From contig UYFQ01000740.1 in NCBI GenBank assembly GCA_900617105.1, positions 62,001-116,280 on the forward strand: 54,280 nucleotides of DNA. Reading direction: 5' to 3'. Under the pieces are notes generated by a model that saw only the letters and a list, made by a program, of their open reading frames with translations, was not told where the DNA came from and did no database searches. A program made the position numbers and the translations under genes. The stretch is from Hydrurus foetidus (Eukaryota). The stretch's first letter is position 1; each line of letters starts with the position of its first letter. Positions 1-13,880 of the stretch are shown piece by piece.

Positions 1-27
1 TAAATACGTAACATCAATTAAAAATAG

Positions 28-276
28 GAAACATTGAGTTCGCAGTGAACAAGGTAAATGCCGAGGAAGGCGAGTTCGGAGGTGTCTTCGTTTCCAAGCA
101 GCCAGGTAAAAACTGCGTCAACACGGGTTTTAATGAATGCTATATTAAAAAGAGTGATTATCTAACTACGTCACTCTGCAATCCCCACTACGTCAGGCGA
201 CACTGACATGGGTGGCAAGAAGCCAAAGAACATCCTTTCCAAGGGCATCTTCTACGGCCACATCGAGCCACTCTAA
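28..276 (+). CDS. psbO: Photosystem II oxygen-evolving enhancer protein 1 (PsbO), last two exons only; 5' part lies outside the window
   Basis: Exons 28-105 and 197-276 (GT-AG intron) translate to GNIEFAVNKVNAEEGEFGGVFVSKQPGDTDMGGKKPKNILSKGIFYGHIEPL*, matching the PsbO C-terminal GxFxSxQPxDTDxG...KGIFY pattern. Not in the ORF track. Confidence 0.9.
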
Positions 277-621
277 ATGCTGACGGATCACCATCTATCC
301 ACACTCATCCTCCATTCCAAAGGCTCAGATATCCTGCTGTACCACTGCCTTGCATGAAATCAACCGTCCCCTTTTCATAATGCCTTACATAAAGATTTAA
401 ATCCCAATTATCATCAAAAATGACGATGTCCTCATCTCGTACTGCGCGCAGAAAGTGTGATTGTAACCGGTGCAGCAGTTATGTAAAGGAAAGCAAGATG
501 ACAAACTTATCAGAAATTGTAGCTGGTGGGCTGCAAGATAGAAAAAGAAAATAGCCTTCATCGGATATACAAATGTGCAGATCATTGTAATAATTTGGCT
601 AATCAACTACCGTCGCGATGC

Positions 622-3600
622 TCAGCCCTCATCCCTTGCACGTTTGCCAGACAATCGAGGTGACTCACTAAGAGCAGTTTCTTCACCATTGACGACCACA
701 ACAAGGGCTGAAGAAATTGATGGTTCATTCCGAACAGTTCGCAACGAACGTGACTCGAGCAGCGATGTCACTGTCGGATCCTCGTCATCACTGTCACAAT
801 CCCCGAATAGGTCTTCAGCCGCTACGCCTTCCTTCAGGGGCACTTGGCCTTGTTTCTCATCCTTTATGTCAGGGCCATTCTTCTGCTGCCCCTTGGGACC
901 CAAAGTGTTCGGACGTACAGTAAGGTACTCATGTCTGTAAGAGTTTGCCGCACCGGAATGCCTCAAAACCTGTCGATGATAGACGATAAGACGACGATGA
1001 AGGATTGCGACCCATAAAGATGTCCATCTGTTAACAAGACGCGCTTAGGCCTCCCTTCGTCTCACCTCTTCTTCATCAAACACGATGGCTCGGAAAGCAG
1101 CGGAATCGATGGGCTGACCCATTTCTTTCAAGAAAGACTTGATCTGTATGACAATCAGATATGAGATGTTGACCAGTGACATGTTATTATGGGATTCTCT
1201 ATGGAGCTGGGTTGCTACCTACCTCACTCGGTTGAGACAATGTCAGGTAAAGTGACTTCATTTGAGAATAGAAGTTGTGTCTATCCACGATAAACAGAGT
1301 CATAGATTCTCGTGTTTCTAAATAGCATCTTACGATCTTATCAACAGCAGAAAAGAGTCATCTTATCTCATATCTTATCGAATCTGACCTGGGAGACTGC
1401 AACGTCCACTGATAGGTTGAGCGCGCTTTCTCCGAGAAACTGGGTAATCCAAGGAGGGAACTTGGACCTCTTGTCCTGTCGGTTATACCGTGAGTCGGCC
1501 AGAACAACAGCTCTGAGCGAAACAGAAGATGAAGGATGGAGGGGGGCTGGTGAGGTGAGCGGAGGTTAGTTGGACTAAAAAGAAGCCAAGTACGGAGTTT
1601 TTCCCCTTAACTTCGGATCTCACCCATAGTCTCTCTTGCTCCTTATGACCCGACCTACGCACTGTGCTGCTTGCCTCAAAGCGTCAAATGTCAAGAAATC
1701 GTTATCACGGATCTGGAAAAGGCCGCACGAAAAGGTCAGAATTGATAGTTAGAGAAGAGCGGGAGGGTGTGGCAAATTAGTCCAATTGCGGGTGAACGAA
1801 AAATCAATTCAATTTAATGGGTCGGGCCGTATGAAATGGAGCCGGGAACGGGAAGCTCTCAACAATAAAGAATATAGAATTCTCAGATAGACAGAGTGAT
1901 CAAGACATTGTGCGCTTGTGGTACCTGATATTTCTCCCTCATGAAGTCCAGCCTCGCTCTCAAGACGTGTGACTTCGTGTACTGATAAGGAATACCGAAT
2001 AGCACCACACACCGACCATAATGATTATCAAAATCTATTCCTTCAGCTACCTTTCCTCTAGCAATGGATAAAAACACTGCACCTCTGCCTGAATCGCACG
2101 CCTTCTTGTAGTTGTCCAGTGCCAGTGTTGTTTCCACGACGTCCTTCGTCTCTAGATACACCAGTTTGTGCTCCATGCACTTCTGCAACACCCCCATCTG
2201 GTCCCAGTGATTGATCACGTTCTCCATGTACATGTAACTGAGTGGTCGATGAAGAGAAAAGTGTATAGAGAAATAACAGATGATGGATATGAGTGAGGGA
2301 AATATTGACGACTGAATGTTGACGCAGGGAATGTAAACTGCTGTTCTACTAGTGAAGAATAATGATAGCATGCACACGTTATGACAAGATTATCCAAATG
2401 TGTTCAGTGTAGACCGTGATCCACATATTTCATTCTTGTCGGTCAGTGACATGCTTCAGATAGAGTGCGAATTACTAAACTAAAAGAGGATTGGACAAAC
2501 CGATGTATGACGAAATAAAACTGGATACTTTGAAAAGCAGTTACTGCGTCTACAGGAATGTGATACGATAGAGATGATGCACCTTGTGAAGAAGCAGCAC
2601 ACACCGTCCGGCACAGTGGACACGATATCCAGCAAGAGTTTGCCGTAGTTACGCACCACACTCAAGTCGTCCCTCTGCTCGAATTTAGTGGATATCAACA
2701 TTTGGTCCGATCCTCTAGAGATGTCCAATTGTGGGGAGACATTAGAGAGATTAAGAGAAAGATTGAGAGCTTTATTGTCAAAATTTTGAATCACTTTTGT
2801 TTTTTGTCTTAGAGTTCAGACAGTCAGAGAGACAAACAAGCGAGCAAACAAACAAACTCACAGACGTACCTTGTGACGATGAGTGGTCTAAGACATTTTC
2901 TGAAGATGCTCATTGGCAAGGAATCTCGAATCACAGGCTGGAAGTTCAGCAGTTTCGGATAGAGATCGATTGGAGACAGTGTGCCTGAGTAGAGAGGTGA
3001 AGAAGGGATGGAGGGAGTTGGGTGATGTGAGTGGGCGAGCAGGAGGTTAGTTGTAGATAACATCGCCATAGAGAGAAGTCACTGGCATACGCATCAAAGT
3101 TAGCACTTCGTTCTAAGATGCAAATGCATTCGGCCAGTAATCAGTTATATATCGCGAATCTGTATTAGAACAACATGATTCGATGACCCAGGAATTTAAC
3201 AATTAGTGACGTTGATGTTGCGACATATCACAGAGTTAGAGAAAGGAGACCAGATACGTAAAGTACGGTCGGAAAGGAGGCGTTATGAGGAGCTTGACAA
3301 ATTAAAGTGAAGAGCTGAAGATAATCGAGGTGATGAGATATAGAGGTAGGAGAAAAAAAAGGTAAAAAAAGGAATGAACGGTAAGAGTGTGAGGGAGGAA
3401 TAATTGAAGAGAAGAAGAAGAGTTGGGGAGGCAGCTCGCGATTAGCATGACCAATAGGATTGATTCGTATCACCACGGTGTCACGCATGTCTGTGACGAA
3501 TAGTGTCGTCATCGCTGCCCTCTCCTGATTTACTACCATATAATACACTATCATATCTTATCCTATCCTATCATGTGCAACTGTTTACATTATATTCTAT

Positions 3601-4356
3601 TCTATAACATGCATTACAAGTATCCTATCCCATACTACGCTAGACCTGTCCTTCTCACTCTCTCCCTCTCTACCTCCACACCTTTCTGGCTCTGATTCAT
3701 CCAGTTCATAACCTCAGACATATGCAACGAAGTGTATGAGAGTCGAGGTGCGGTAAACACTCGATTTTGGTATTGATGTACCACATGGACCCCATTCAGA
3801 TGATATCATCAGATATGCAGTGATACGATTCGATACGAGAAATCCAGATATGACAATGGTCAGAGCACTCCTACGATAATAGTGTAGAGTAGGATACACT
3901 GTGCGACTTACTGATTACCACAGAATAAGGAATAGAGTGGAGGGAAGAATAATTGAAGAGAAAAAGAAGAGTTGGGGGGGCAGCTCGCGATTAGCATGAC
4001 CAATAGAATTGATTCGTATCACCACGGTGTCACGCATGTCTGTGACGATTAGTGTCGTCATCGCTGCCCTGCCCTGTTTGGTCCTGATGTATTATATCAT
4101 GTGCTATCTTATTCTATCAATTTCGACTTCGTCTTCTATTTCAGTCACTGCTATATCATACTGTATCTTCCCTCACTCCTCCACTCCCCTTTCCCTAACC
4201 TAATTTTCTAAACTACCTTATTAAAGGGTCACTGTGTACATTTGACAACACTGCTTCGTAAGACGTTAACTAAGAAAACATGATTGCCAGCTATAAGTCA
4301 GAGATACAGTGCAATGGTGGATAGGAAGTTATATTGAAGTATAGGGGTTCATAAGT

Positions 4357-4401
<45 letters not shown>

Positions 4402-7400
4402 TGTTGTCTTGGCAGAAGAGAAGCTGCTCATCAAGGTGCGATGTAAAGTGAGGGTTGGTATCCTTTCTACCATTTACAGATGAATAATTATTTCGATGAT
4501 GCAGGATGGATTGTCATAGGTCGTCACACTTCAGTGTTTAGTATCAGGTGATATGGCGATGCCGGTGATATGAGTGACTACTAGCCCTCCATCGCATCAA
4601 CTCTCTAACTTGCCTGAAGTGATGATGACGGACTGGAATCTGTCCAGTACGGGTTTGACAGCTAGTGACGCGTCCAGACAACACAGCTGCAGCAACGGCT
4701 CGTTCACTCCGGATATGATGCTTCCCTGTGATCAAAGGTCGTCAAGATGTTGCACAGGAGTGGAGACATTTGCAGGAATATCAATAGACGTCATATGGAA
4801 TTGCAGAGGTTTAAGCATTGGAAATCAAGTATCATATAAACATGACGTTTCAGTCTATAAATCATTCTGCATATAGCCGGGGAGATTAAAGACGGAACAA
4901 GATAGAGGGGAGATATAGATGCAAAGTGGTTGCAGGATTAGAGTGTAAGCATAAAATACCTGTGGCTCTGTTATGACTGCGAATCCTTCCATGTAAGTAG
5001 CCAGAAGTGTCACAAAGTTGGCTACATGCGAGAGAGCGTTGTACTGGTCTAGCGTGGTGACCTAATTCGGATACAGAGAGAATTGAAAAGAGATGCACAT
5101 TAAAATAATAACAGACGAGAACAAAAAAGAGATGAGCCCTAAGATCATATCAGTACTAGAATGAGGTCATTAGGAATCCCATTCCATTCCATTCCATTTT
5201 ATTCCCTTTCAACGCATTTTATTTTATTTTATAGTAATGTGCGAATTTTCTTACCTCAAGGGTCCTCAACAAAGAGTTCAATCGAGAGTACGTGAATCGC
5301 AAAGCCTTCCTTTCTAGACCAGACTTCGCGTGTAGCTCATATAAGAACGCCAGAGGAGTTTTGTTTTCCACTTGTTTTGCGTCCCTGAGATATGTCTTCA
5401 GGTACAGTACAGCCTGAGAAAAACATGGTGGAATAGCAGAGAGATTAAAGTCGATCATTCTACGGCGCGTTTATTACACTGGATATCATAAGATGAGTAA
5501 TTACGTACAGACGAGCGAGGTTAAAGAAAAATAATGTAGTAGAGGTGACAAATGCGAAGGGGGTAAGTGGGACAAAAAGACTTGGCTGAGAGTCATCTTA
5601 TCTCAGAAAATTGAGTCAGTGAACACCTTCTTTAGGAACGCCACAAAGTGTTCTGCCTTCCGAATGCTCCCCGGTACAGCTTCTTGAAGGATGTCTGCAC
5701 TCAGCACAGGATTGGCCATCACACGGTCTATGAAAGCAAAAGTATCGCGAGAAGATAACAAGGGTAGATGGGAGAGATGGTGGTTTGATTAAGAGGAGAT
5801 GACAGGAGGTGAATCGAAAATTGTTTGAATTAAAGAATGGGGTTATCACTCTCGGACAAGCGGGGGAACTGAAAAGCTGACAGGTCAGTTTAGTGGGTAT
5901 CGAATCATATCAACTCATTTATGGTACGGCATGGATCTACGGCATGGATCTATTGAATCTACCCGAGATATGTGACGTGAAGCGACTGGCTAGCTCAATG
6001 GCGTGTGTGTGCATTATCTTTCTGTCTATCTGTGCGACTGTACGTATGCGTCAGCATGCTTCTATGTGTATCGAACTACCAGAAATGCATAGCATCGCAT
6101 CCATATCATCGGTATCAAGGACGCACCAGCTGCTGACTGTACTTGTCCCCCCTCTGCAGGGCCCGAAGAAGAGCCGGCCCCCTGTCCCTGTCCCCTGCTC
6201 CGCTGGAATATGCCCTGATCTGCTAACCCATTCACTAAGTCAGCGTACTGAAAGATAGAGCAGAGCAGAAAAAAACATGGGAGAACAGAGCGAGTTAGTA
6301 CAGGTCAGTTGTGGAGAGGATTCGCTTGCTTTGTTTCTATCACCTCTTTCGCCAATCTCTGACTGTCGCTGGATTTCATGTCGGCCACCCTCTTCTGCAG
6401 CAGATTCACACTCTTTGCAGATTCATCCAGTGACTTCCTATCGAGGGTAACGGAGAGGGCTTCGATGCAGACGTTGTCGATGTTGTGCGCTTCATCGAAG
6501 ACAACGATGCTCTCAGCTTCAAGCTCTCGTGACACCAAATTCGAAACCTTTTTGTCAGATTTGTGTGAGAGATGCAATAAGAAGCTGTTTTTCCTTTGCA
6601 AAGAGGTGCATCCGAATGTCACACGGTTGTCAAGTTACGGCAAGGATATCAATAGGAATAGCAACAGCAGTAGTCAATATTTAATAATCGAATCATTCGA
6701 GATACTCTCACCTTCGGATCAAGCATGTACTGATAGTTGTAGACCACGATAGTTGCATGATTGAGCAGATGACGAGTCATGAAGTACGGACACCATTCTC
6801 TTTCTTCTCCTAACGTCTTCAAGTCTTCCAAGGTGTAAACTCCTTGAGGAATTTCTGTGCGATTACGACGCACAAACATCACTCAGATTTTCTGACAATG
6901 CACAAGCACACGTCAGCTACGCAATTGAGCGTGAAAAAACTCACAGCAATTGAGGCGTCAGAAAAGTCGTACCAGCATTAGTGCCGTCTTTATCGTAATT
7001 TTCATACTTTTCGCATAATTCATGTGCCGCCCCCTTCTTTGCTCGTTCTCGCACCCAAGATGCTGTCATATTCCGGCAAAGAGAGTCAACTGCCTCCCTA
7101 TCACCCTCACTGGTTACTCTTGGATGAATACACATATTCCTGCGAGAGCTGAGGCAGATCGCAAGCACTTTGCCCCCAGCCTCACCAACCATTTTCACAC
7201 GATAATCGATCACTTTCTTGATTTCCTCCATGCATTTCTGCATCTCCTGCACTGTTCGGGTACAGTAGATCAGTTTCCCCGTCTGAGGATACTGAAATTG
7301 GTACGCTGTTATGAGTGATATCAGACAGACAGTTTTTCCTGTCCCCGTTGGCATCTCGAGAAGTGCATGCCCTTTCTGATCGATTGCACGCTTCAGCTGA

Positions 7401-7477
7401 AGCATGTACTCATACTGCTCCTTGTAAAGATAGTCATAGGGAAAGAAGAGATCGAGACCGTCAAGATCAAAACGCAT
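622..7477 (-). CDS. ERCC2: TFIIH/nucleotide excision repair 5'-3' DNA helicase XPD (Rad3), multi-exon
   Basis: ATG at 7477 ([18 protein letters not shown]). Walker [10 protein letters not shown], Fe-S cysteines (NMCIHP, SLCR, ELCE, WCPYF), [35 protein letters not shown] and RQAAQCVGR. About 14 exons linked by canonical acceptors; final acidic exon ~969-622. Confidence 0.95.
3391..4070. repeat. ~130-bp direct repeat pair (about 3391-3521 and 3940-4070) inside the long XPD intron
   Basis: Both copies read gaataattgaagaga..agttgggg.ggcagctcgcgattagcatgaccaatag..ttgattcgtatcaccacggtgtcacgcatgtctgtgacga.tagtgtcgtcatcgctgccct with few substitutions. Confidence 0.9.
4356..4401. repeat. (ACAG)n microsatellite in XPD intron
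   Basis: About 11 tandem acag units. Confidence 0.9.
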
Positions 7478-8636
7478 TTTCAATCAGCAGCTCCAAAGCA
7501 TCGAGACAGTAGAAAGCCTCCCCGGAAGCAATGCTGGAGGCACCTCAAACATTGAGGGACTGGGAAGAAAGTTGTTGTTGAAAGAGCTCAAAGATCAGCT
7601 TATCGTATCAACGCAATTCGCAATCTCGGAAGCTGCTACCTAGGAGTGCGTACACATGTCGGATGTACCATGCACGAACGTTTCTGCATCCTTAGCGGAG
7701 CTGTGGCCTGCTGGAGATTAGTAACCACAACCCACAACCCCTAAAATGCAGGATGCAACAGCAACATAAGGAAGTTGATCAAGTCGGGCCCTAATAAGCA
7801 AGCGCGAGAATATGATTCTAGCATCTAAACTGACAGAATTACGTAACTTAATTCTGTTGTAGCCACTTACAGCTACCCACAAGAGAGATATTTAACTAGA
7901 CTATGTACCAAATAAATACGCGTTACACTCCCACGTTACTGAATTCAGTGAATCAACTTAATGCACCCACAATCTTTCAAGCTCTCAGCATCAGCATCCC
8001 AATATCCTTGGACCAGACATTTATTATCGACAATTATTTTCCGGAAAGGATTGTACAGTGTTCGTGCAATGATCGGGCTATTTGCACCACGATAATAATA
8101 CAATTTCAGCGGAATTAAGTGCGATCAATTGACTGCTGTCAATCTCTAAAACTCTCGAAGAACTGAAAAGATGAAATAAGAAACAAAATGATTAATTCAA
8201 TGCAATTCATTATCAATTGGATCCAGAAATAGGTAACTCGCCAGATATTGCTACTTTGAGATGCTGTGAGCTCATGTTAGTGAAAAAGTTATCTACCATC
8301 GAATTCAATCCTATCCCATTATTACGGATGAAGGATTATATTCTACCCCACATTCATCAAGAAATGATGATATCAACCCTAAATTACGTGGGCTTTAGGG
8401 GTAAACTGACCATTTCTTCAAATTACACTCTATGGATGCTAAAATAGACCTAAATTTGGTGGTGTGTGCAGCTGTGAATTTCAACTCTCGCTCGAGAGCA
8501 CGAAGCTTGAGTGAGGTACTGTAGCCGTTGCTGGGGCTTCAGAGCTTATAAGTGATCTTTCTCCCATGAACAATATGCCAAGATTGTGCAGCTTGACTAG
8601 TGGCTGATACTTCAAATTCACCAGAAAGTGCAACCA

Positions 8637-10630
8637 TGCGGGCCGCGGAAACTGTGAAACTCTACGCCCACAATGGGAGGATGCTCTCGCGACCCGAAAT
8701 ACTGATTGATCAATTTCATGAAATGAGGAATGCTGAACAGAAGAAACTTGCTGACGAAAAAATGTCAGAAAAGATGATGCTATCTCGTATATCCTCGAAG
8801 CTCATATCAATTCCAACGGTCAGATTCCTGAGATTAGTCTCCTTCATGACAGTGCTGACGTTTAACTCTCCTTACATAAAACATACCAACTTCCTCATCC
8901 AAGATTGAAATAACACCAGGTGAGGAGGGACGTGGGGGATGTTGCAAACTCACAGGATTCACAATCTGACCTGCCGGCAGTAAAAGATGAAGCAGATCAA
9001 TATGATGATGGTGATGAACGTGACGAAATCGTAGATGATGATGAAATCGCAGATGAGATGTTACTTAAAGACATTAAGCCAGCATCGACAAAAAGAAATG
9101 AAGCAGCGAGCAACAGCTCCACCGATATTGCACAAGAAGTCAAAGGTACTGCTGCAGAGAAGGCAATTGCTGGTATCTCGGCTGACGGAGCTGACGGGAA
9201 GGAGAGCATACCTGATTCTACTTCAACTTCTGCAACATCTGGCCGGATTAAGAAAAAACAGAGACAGTCAGAAATAATTACAGCAGCAACGAAGGAAGAA
9301 CTTACTGCATTGTTTTCACCGACGGGGCTGCTCTTGAACTCGGATTGGAATACAACGAAAGATCCTGTCATGAGAGAATTCCTGCTCGAAAACTTTGCCT
9401 ATGATAAGAACAACACGTTGGGTGTCAAATTGACAGTGCCTCCTGGATCGACCAGATGGTCCTTCAATATCTGCCCTCCAGATCATTTTGAATCTACCAA
9501 TATACTTCTCCACTTCAATCCCAGAAAAGGAAAGAGAACTGAGTTGGTGATGAATGACAAGCAAGGCACTTGGGGAATGTAAGCAAGCAACAGCAAGAAA
9601 TTTTTATTTGAAATGCTATCTCCTATTGTGTAAATCCGTCTCTCACAGCATGATTATCGTAATGTCTACTATTTGTTTTATCAGTGCCGTGAAGAAATCG
9701 CTGTCATCATTAAGCTACTCCTCTTCAACTGGGAACGACCCTGGACTGCTCGGCAACTATCTAGAACTCGTGGTGCACATCAATAGAGAAGGATTTGTAG
9801 TTTTTGTCAATAGGCATTTTTGCGTTTTTTTCGCACATAGGAGGGATCCCGAATTCTACAGTAACCTCCGGCTAACCCTTCCAGTCCTGGATGACAACGG
9901 AAATGAAGAAAAAGCCGTGTACCACAAAGTGTGGTGGGGTGTGTCGGACCCCTCCCTCCCCTTCGATGAGATTCCAGCGAGTGTTATTGCGCTTGCAAGC
10001 ACGTACGTACATGACAGCTTTGTACTGCAGTGCCCTATTTTACCTTTCTTAACTTTAATCTACTTTAATTTGCGTACCGTCGTTCCACACACTATTTACG
10101 GCCGCCTAACCCTACCCACTTATCGCATTACATGTCAGTGAGATAAATCCAGCAGGACTACGCACCGTGTTGGTCAGCGGGCTGCCCTTGCTGTACGATG
10201 TGCAGGCTCTCCAAGGCTTAGAAGGCGCTCTGCTCTCTTTGTTCGAAGAGTACGCACCGGAAGCGGTAAACGTAGGTAAGTATGTACGTGCTAGGAGCAA
10301 GAAGAACGTGAGAGTTCTGTCAAAGGGAGTTGGGATATGTGGAGTATATCAAAACGACCACTTGAAACATCCTTCTGTCCGCTGCAATTATTGGCTGTTG
10401 ACACTTTTTGCTGATAGAGAGATTGAGCTGATTATTCAATGTAGTCACTGAACCTTCTTGTTTATCTCTTCCACTCCGCAGTGCCTGGTGCCTCGGGTAC
10501 CGCTTATGTGAAGCTGAAAGATGCCAGTCTAGTAGCTGAGTTCATCGAGGTGTTCAACGGCTCAACAGTGGGCGAGGATAATCAAGAGCAGTGCACTTTA
10601 CTGCTCACTAGATATGATGCGAGAAAATAG
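8637..10630 (+). CDS. Protein with acidic low-complexity region, galectin-like carbohydrate-recognition domain and C-terminal RRM-like domain; 5' end uncertain
   Basis: Exons ~8637-8818, 8920-9578, 9685-10002, 10139-10275, 10482-10630. Galectin-like motif WSFNI...ILLHFNPR...LVMND...WG. C-terminal RTVLVSGLP (RNP2-like) and SGTAYVKL (RNP1-like). Confidence 0.7.
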
Positions 10631-12747
10631 AAAATGGATCATATGTCCTTTTCTATTCTGTCCCTTTATGACTCCGACTGAATTGATTTGGTTGGAGTCA
10701 CAAGCATGCTCGGACAGGAGTTGGAGAGTCTCTTCCTCAATTATTCCGAGAGACTTTGCTTGACTGGCAGTGAAGTACTCCCTGTGACACCCACTGAGAT
10801 GGAATGATCAGTGAGGTCGTGGTCTCACTCCTCTCCATCTCTCAAGATCTAATCGCATTCCTAGCAATTATTCCCGCACAGTCATATTGCATTACAGCTA
10901 TTCTCAATCTACGATTATCATCGTGGAGGTCCGGGGTCTATGTCAGCGCTAATGGACAGGGTGAGACAACTTGAGATGGGTCAATGTGGGATAGGATATG
11001 ACAGCATGGAATGGGGCGGTATAGCATGGGATAGCAGGGTGTGATGGAAGACTCTGCACCATCAGAGAATCGGATCCTACAATCAGAATATCCGTGAATA
11101 TACGTCATCGACTGGTGAGGACTTCGGGTCGAATTTCACGCAAATGCTCCCGACTCCACATTTGTGATGCTATGTCTTCGTTCTTGATCTATTGGAACTT
11201 ACGCAATAGTCCACTCCATCCTGCCGGGTCACAGTCACTATGTACTTATTGACTGCAACAGACAAACGAACAGAGAGACAGACAGACAGATACCTGCTCA
11301 TGATGAGAATGACATCTCTACCACCGGATCAGCATCACTATCCGTGGCACAGCGTTGCAACTCCTGGAGATTAGATGTGGTCGGTGTTGATTTGAATTGA
11401 GGGAGGGAATGTCCGTTCCCTCTGCTTGGATAAGCGTCACATCGCGCCTACGTATACTGCCTCACTTAGCCGTGCTGTTACGGTACGGTACATACCTGGT
11501 ACGGTGAGGAGCACGTAACACACGGTAGTAATAGAAAGTTTAGGACACATTTTATCTCTTTAACCTTCAGGACGCAAAGCGCTCCTCAAGATATACAGTG
11601 AAGAAGATATCTAAAGACAGAACTGTTGCTTTCATGTTGATGACGGTGTGGGGCCACACAGGAAGAGCGAGACAGAAGAAGGCAACGACAAGACAAGACA
11701 AGACGTCTGCATTGAACGCCAAAGTGATAAAACTGCTGTACCGTAGCATCCTCTGCGTCATGCTTCTCGCAGCAGAATATGGGGGTCCAGGGGGCCATAT
11801 CAGTGTGTTCCATGATGATTGCATCACTTCCAAAATAGTGACTTCGTATGAAAATGGGAGTTTAACGTGCACTGCAGTATTTACCTCTGCAGCATCTCAA
11901 GATGCGATTAGACGTCTTATCGAAAATTGTTTTGCTGTTGAGGGTACCACAGAAGAGATTAGAAACCATTGTGCAACAAGTCATACTTTTAACGAAATTT
12001 TTCCCTTCTTTTGAATTTTCTTGGTTCGGTTCCTGTTTTCATTACACTGCTAGTTTTAATTTTTCTTCATGTGGAGGGAAAGAGTGCAATAAAAAGTGGG
12101 ACACGGATGACACCAGACTGTACAGAGTTTTGAGTTCGTAAAGGACACAATATCTGTCCCGGTGATTTCAATTGAATAGGTCCATTGAGATCATTGGGTG
12201 ATCTCTCTTGGTTGCATGCTTGATCATCTCCCACTTCAAGCTCCTACAGAGCTACATGAGCGTCATCGTAGCACTCTGAGATTGTTTTGATGCACTTCAC
12301 TACCATCAGAAGAATTTCTTTTTCGGGTTCGGAGTTTAGTGCTACGTTATTATACTCGACAGGTCTTATCGGCACTACAAACATGCCTCCTTCTCTATCT
12401 CTCCCACTTCTACTCATTCATTTCTTTCTTTCTTTCCCCCTCTCTTTCTAGCCCTCAACAGGATTTCCATGAATTTTAAATATCCACTCCTCCACCGCCA
12501 CCTCTATCTCTACCGCTGCTGACAGCAAACATTGCTTGAGATCACGACAATCAAAGGAATCATCTAACGCGATGGGATGTAATACAATATGATAGTTTAT
12601 TTTACAAGAAATGCGACATTACTAAATCATTATGGTAACATTTCAGCGCTGTGCGGGTACGAGTACGGCATCCCCATTAAAAATTGAGAAGTATTGATGT
12701 ATGCGAGATTCACAATCATGCATCATTTTTATAATCCGACTTCTTTT

Positions 12748-13880
12748 TCATCCGGATCCTGGACTTCTAAGATCGAAATCCCCTTTGTAGTTGCTCATCA
12801 CCTAAATTCGTCAAAAAATACAAGATGCTTAGTACTTCATCGCATATTAGTGATAGATAAAACATCAATATATAGTTCACTTCACTACTTGTTTGCAGTA
12901 AATAAGTTGTTTATTTGTATTCGCTAACCTCCAGAATCATGGAGCGCATGGTGGTCATGTCGGAGGGGTCCTCCATGTCGTGTGTGCTGCTCTTCAGAAG
13001 GGTGATGGCGGCATCACGCGTAGAACAGTTCTCCATCAGCTGTAGAGCAAGACTAGATGGAACTTGATCATCGCTCAGACCGTGGATCAACCGGATAGGA
13101 CAGTCGATCTGAATTGAACCTGAAAGATGCAGTAAAAATGTCAATATTTCTGATTTTCTAGTAGTTAGGTCACTCTTGACAGAAGTAGGATTTAAAGAAG
13201 GACTCACCTTTACCACCAGTTAGCAACAAATTGTTGCGGCCATCGACTATGAGATTGCGAGAAATAGAATACTTACTCGCTCCCCACTTTATCTCTGCGA
13301 CACCTTCAGTCATGATCTTCTCTTTAATTTCTTCTGAGAAACTCTTCCACAAGAGCTCCTCAGTAAAGTCTGGGTCAGCAGCAATACCAACAACTCCTCT
13401 TACTAGATCGGGCCTTTTAGATGCAATTAGAAACGAGATCCATGCACCAACTCCGTGTCCCACGAGAACCACCTTTCCCTGCTTCTTTCCCAGCAGATTT
13501 TCAATAAGGAAAATAGTATCCGATGTCCATTTGCTAACTGTCCCGTCAATGACAGCACCGGTTGATTTGCCAGTCCCAAAATAGTCTGCGCTGAGAAAGG
13601 AGAATCCATTCTTTCTGCAGAACGATCGTAAGTTCACTGATTTACCCTCCGACTTAGGCCTGATCAAACCCGGTAAATACAATATCGGGGGACCTGAGTG
13701 AGGGCTCGCCTTCACGACGTCGTAACATACAGTGTTACCGTCAATCTCAATCATCCCATCTCTAATAGTCTCAACGACATTGAGGTGGGTGGGTAAACGA
13801 GAACTCTTGAGGTTATTCGAGAAAGAGGTTACTGATGATAACAGTAAGAAAAAGAAAGCGCATGAAAGACTGTTTGGCAT
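12748..13880 (-). CDS. Alpha/beta hydrolase fold protein (ABHD10-like), predicted plastid-targeted, nucleophile Ser replaced by Gly
   Basis: Leader MPNSLSCAFFFLLLSSVTS-F. Motifs LYLPG, DYFGTGKS, LVGHGVG (nucleophile elbow), IAADPDFTE, IHGLSDDQVP and STHDM. Three exons ending DFDLRSPGSG* at 12748. Confidence 0.85.

Noticed and set aside
10640..12600. Short ORFs (e.g. 11598-12014) suggesting an additional gene
   Set aside because: No recognisable motifs or consistent exon chain on either strand. It may be a decayed gene or TE, but I cannot support a call.
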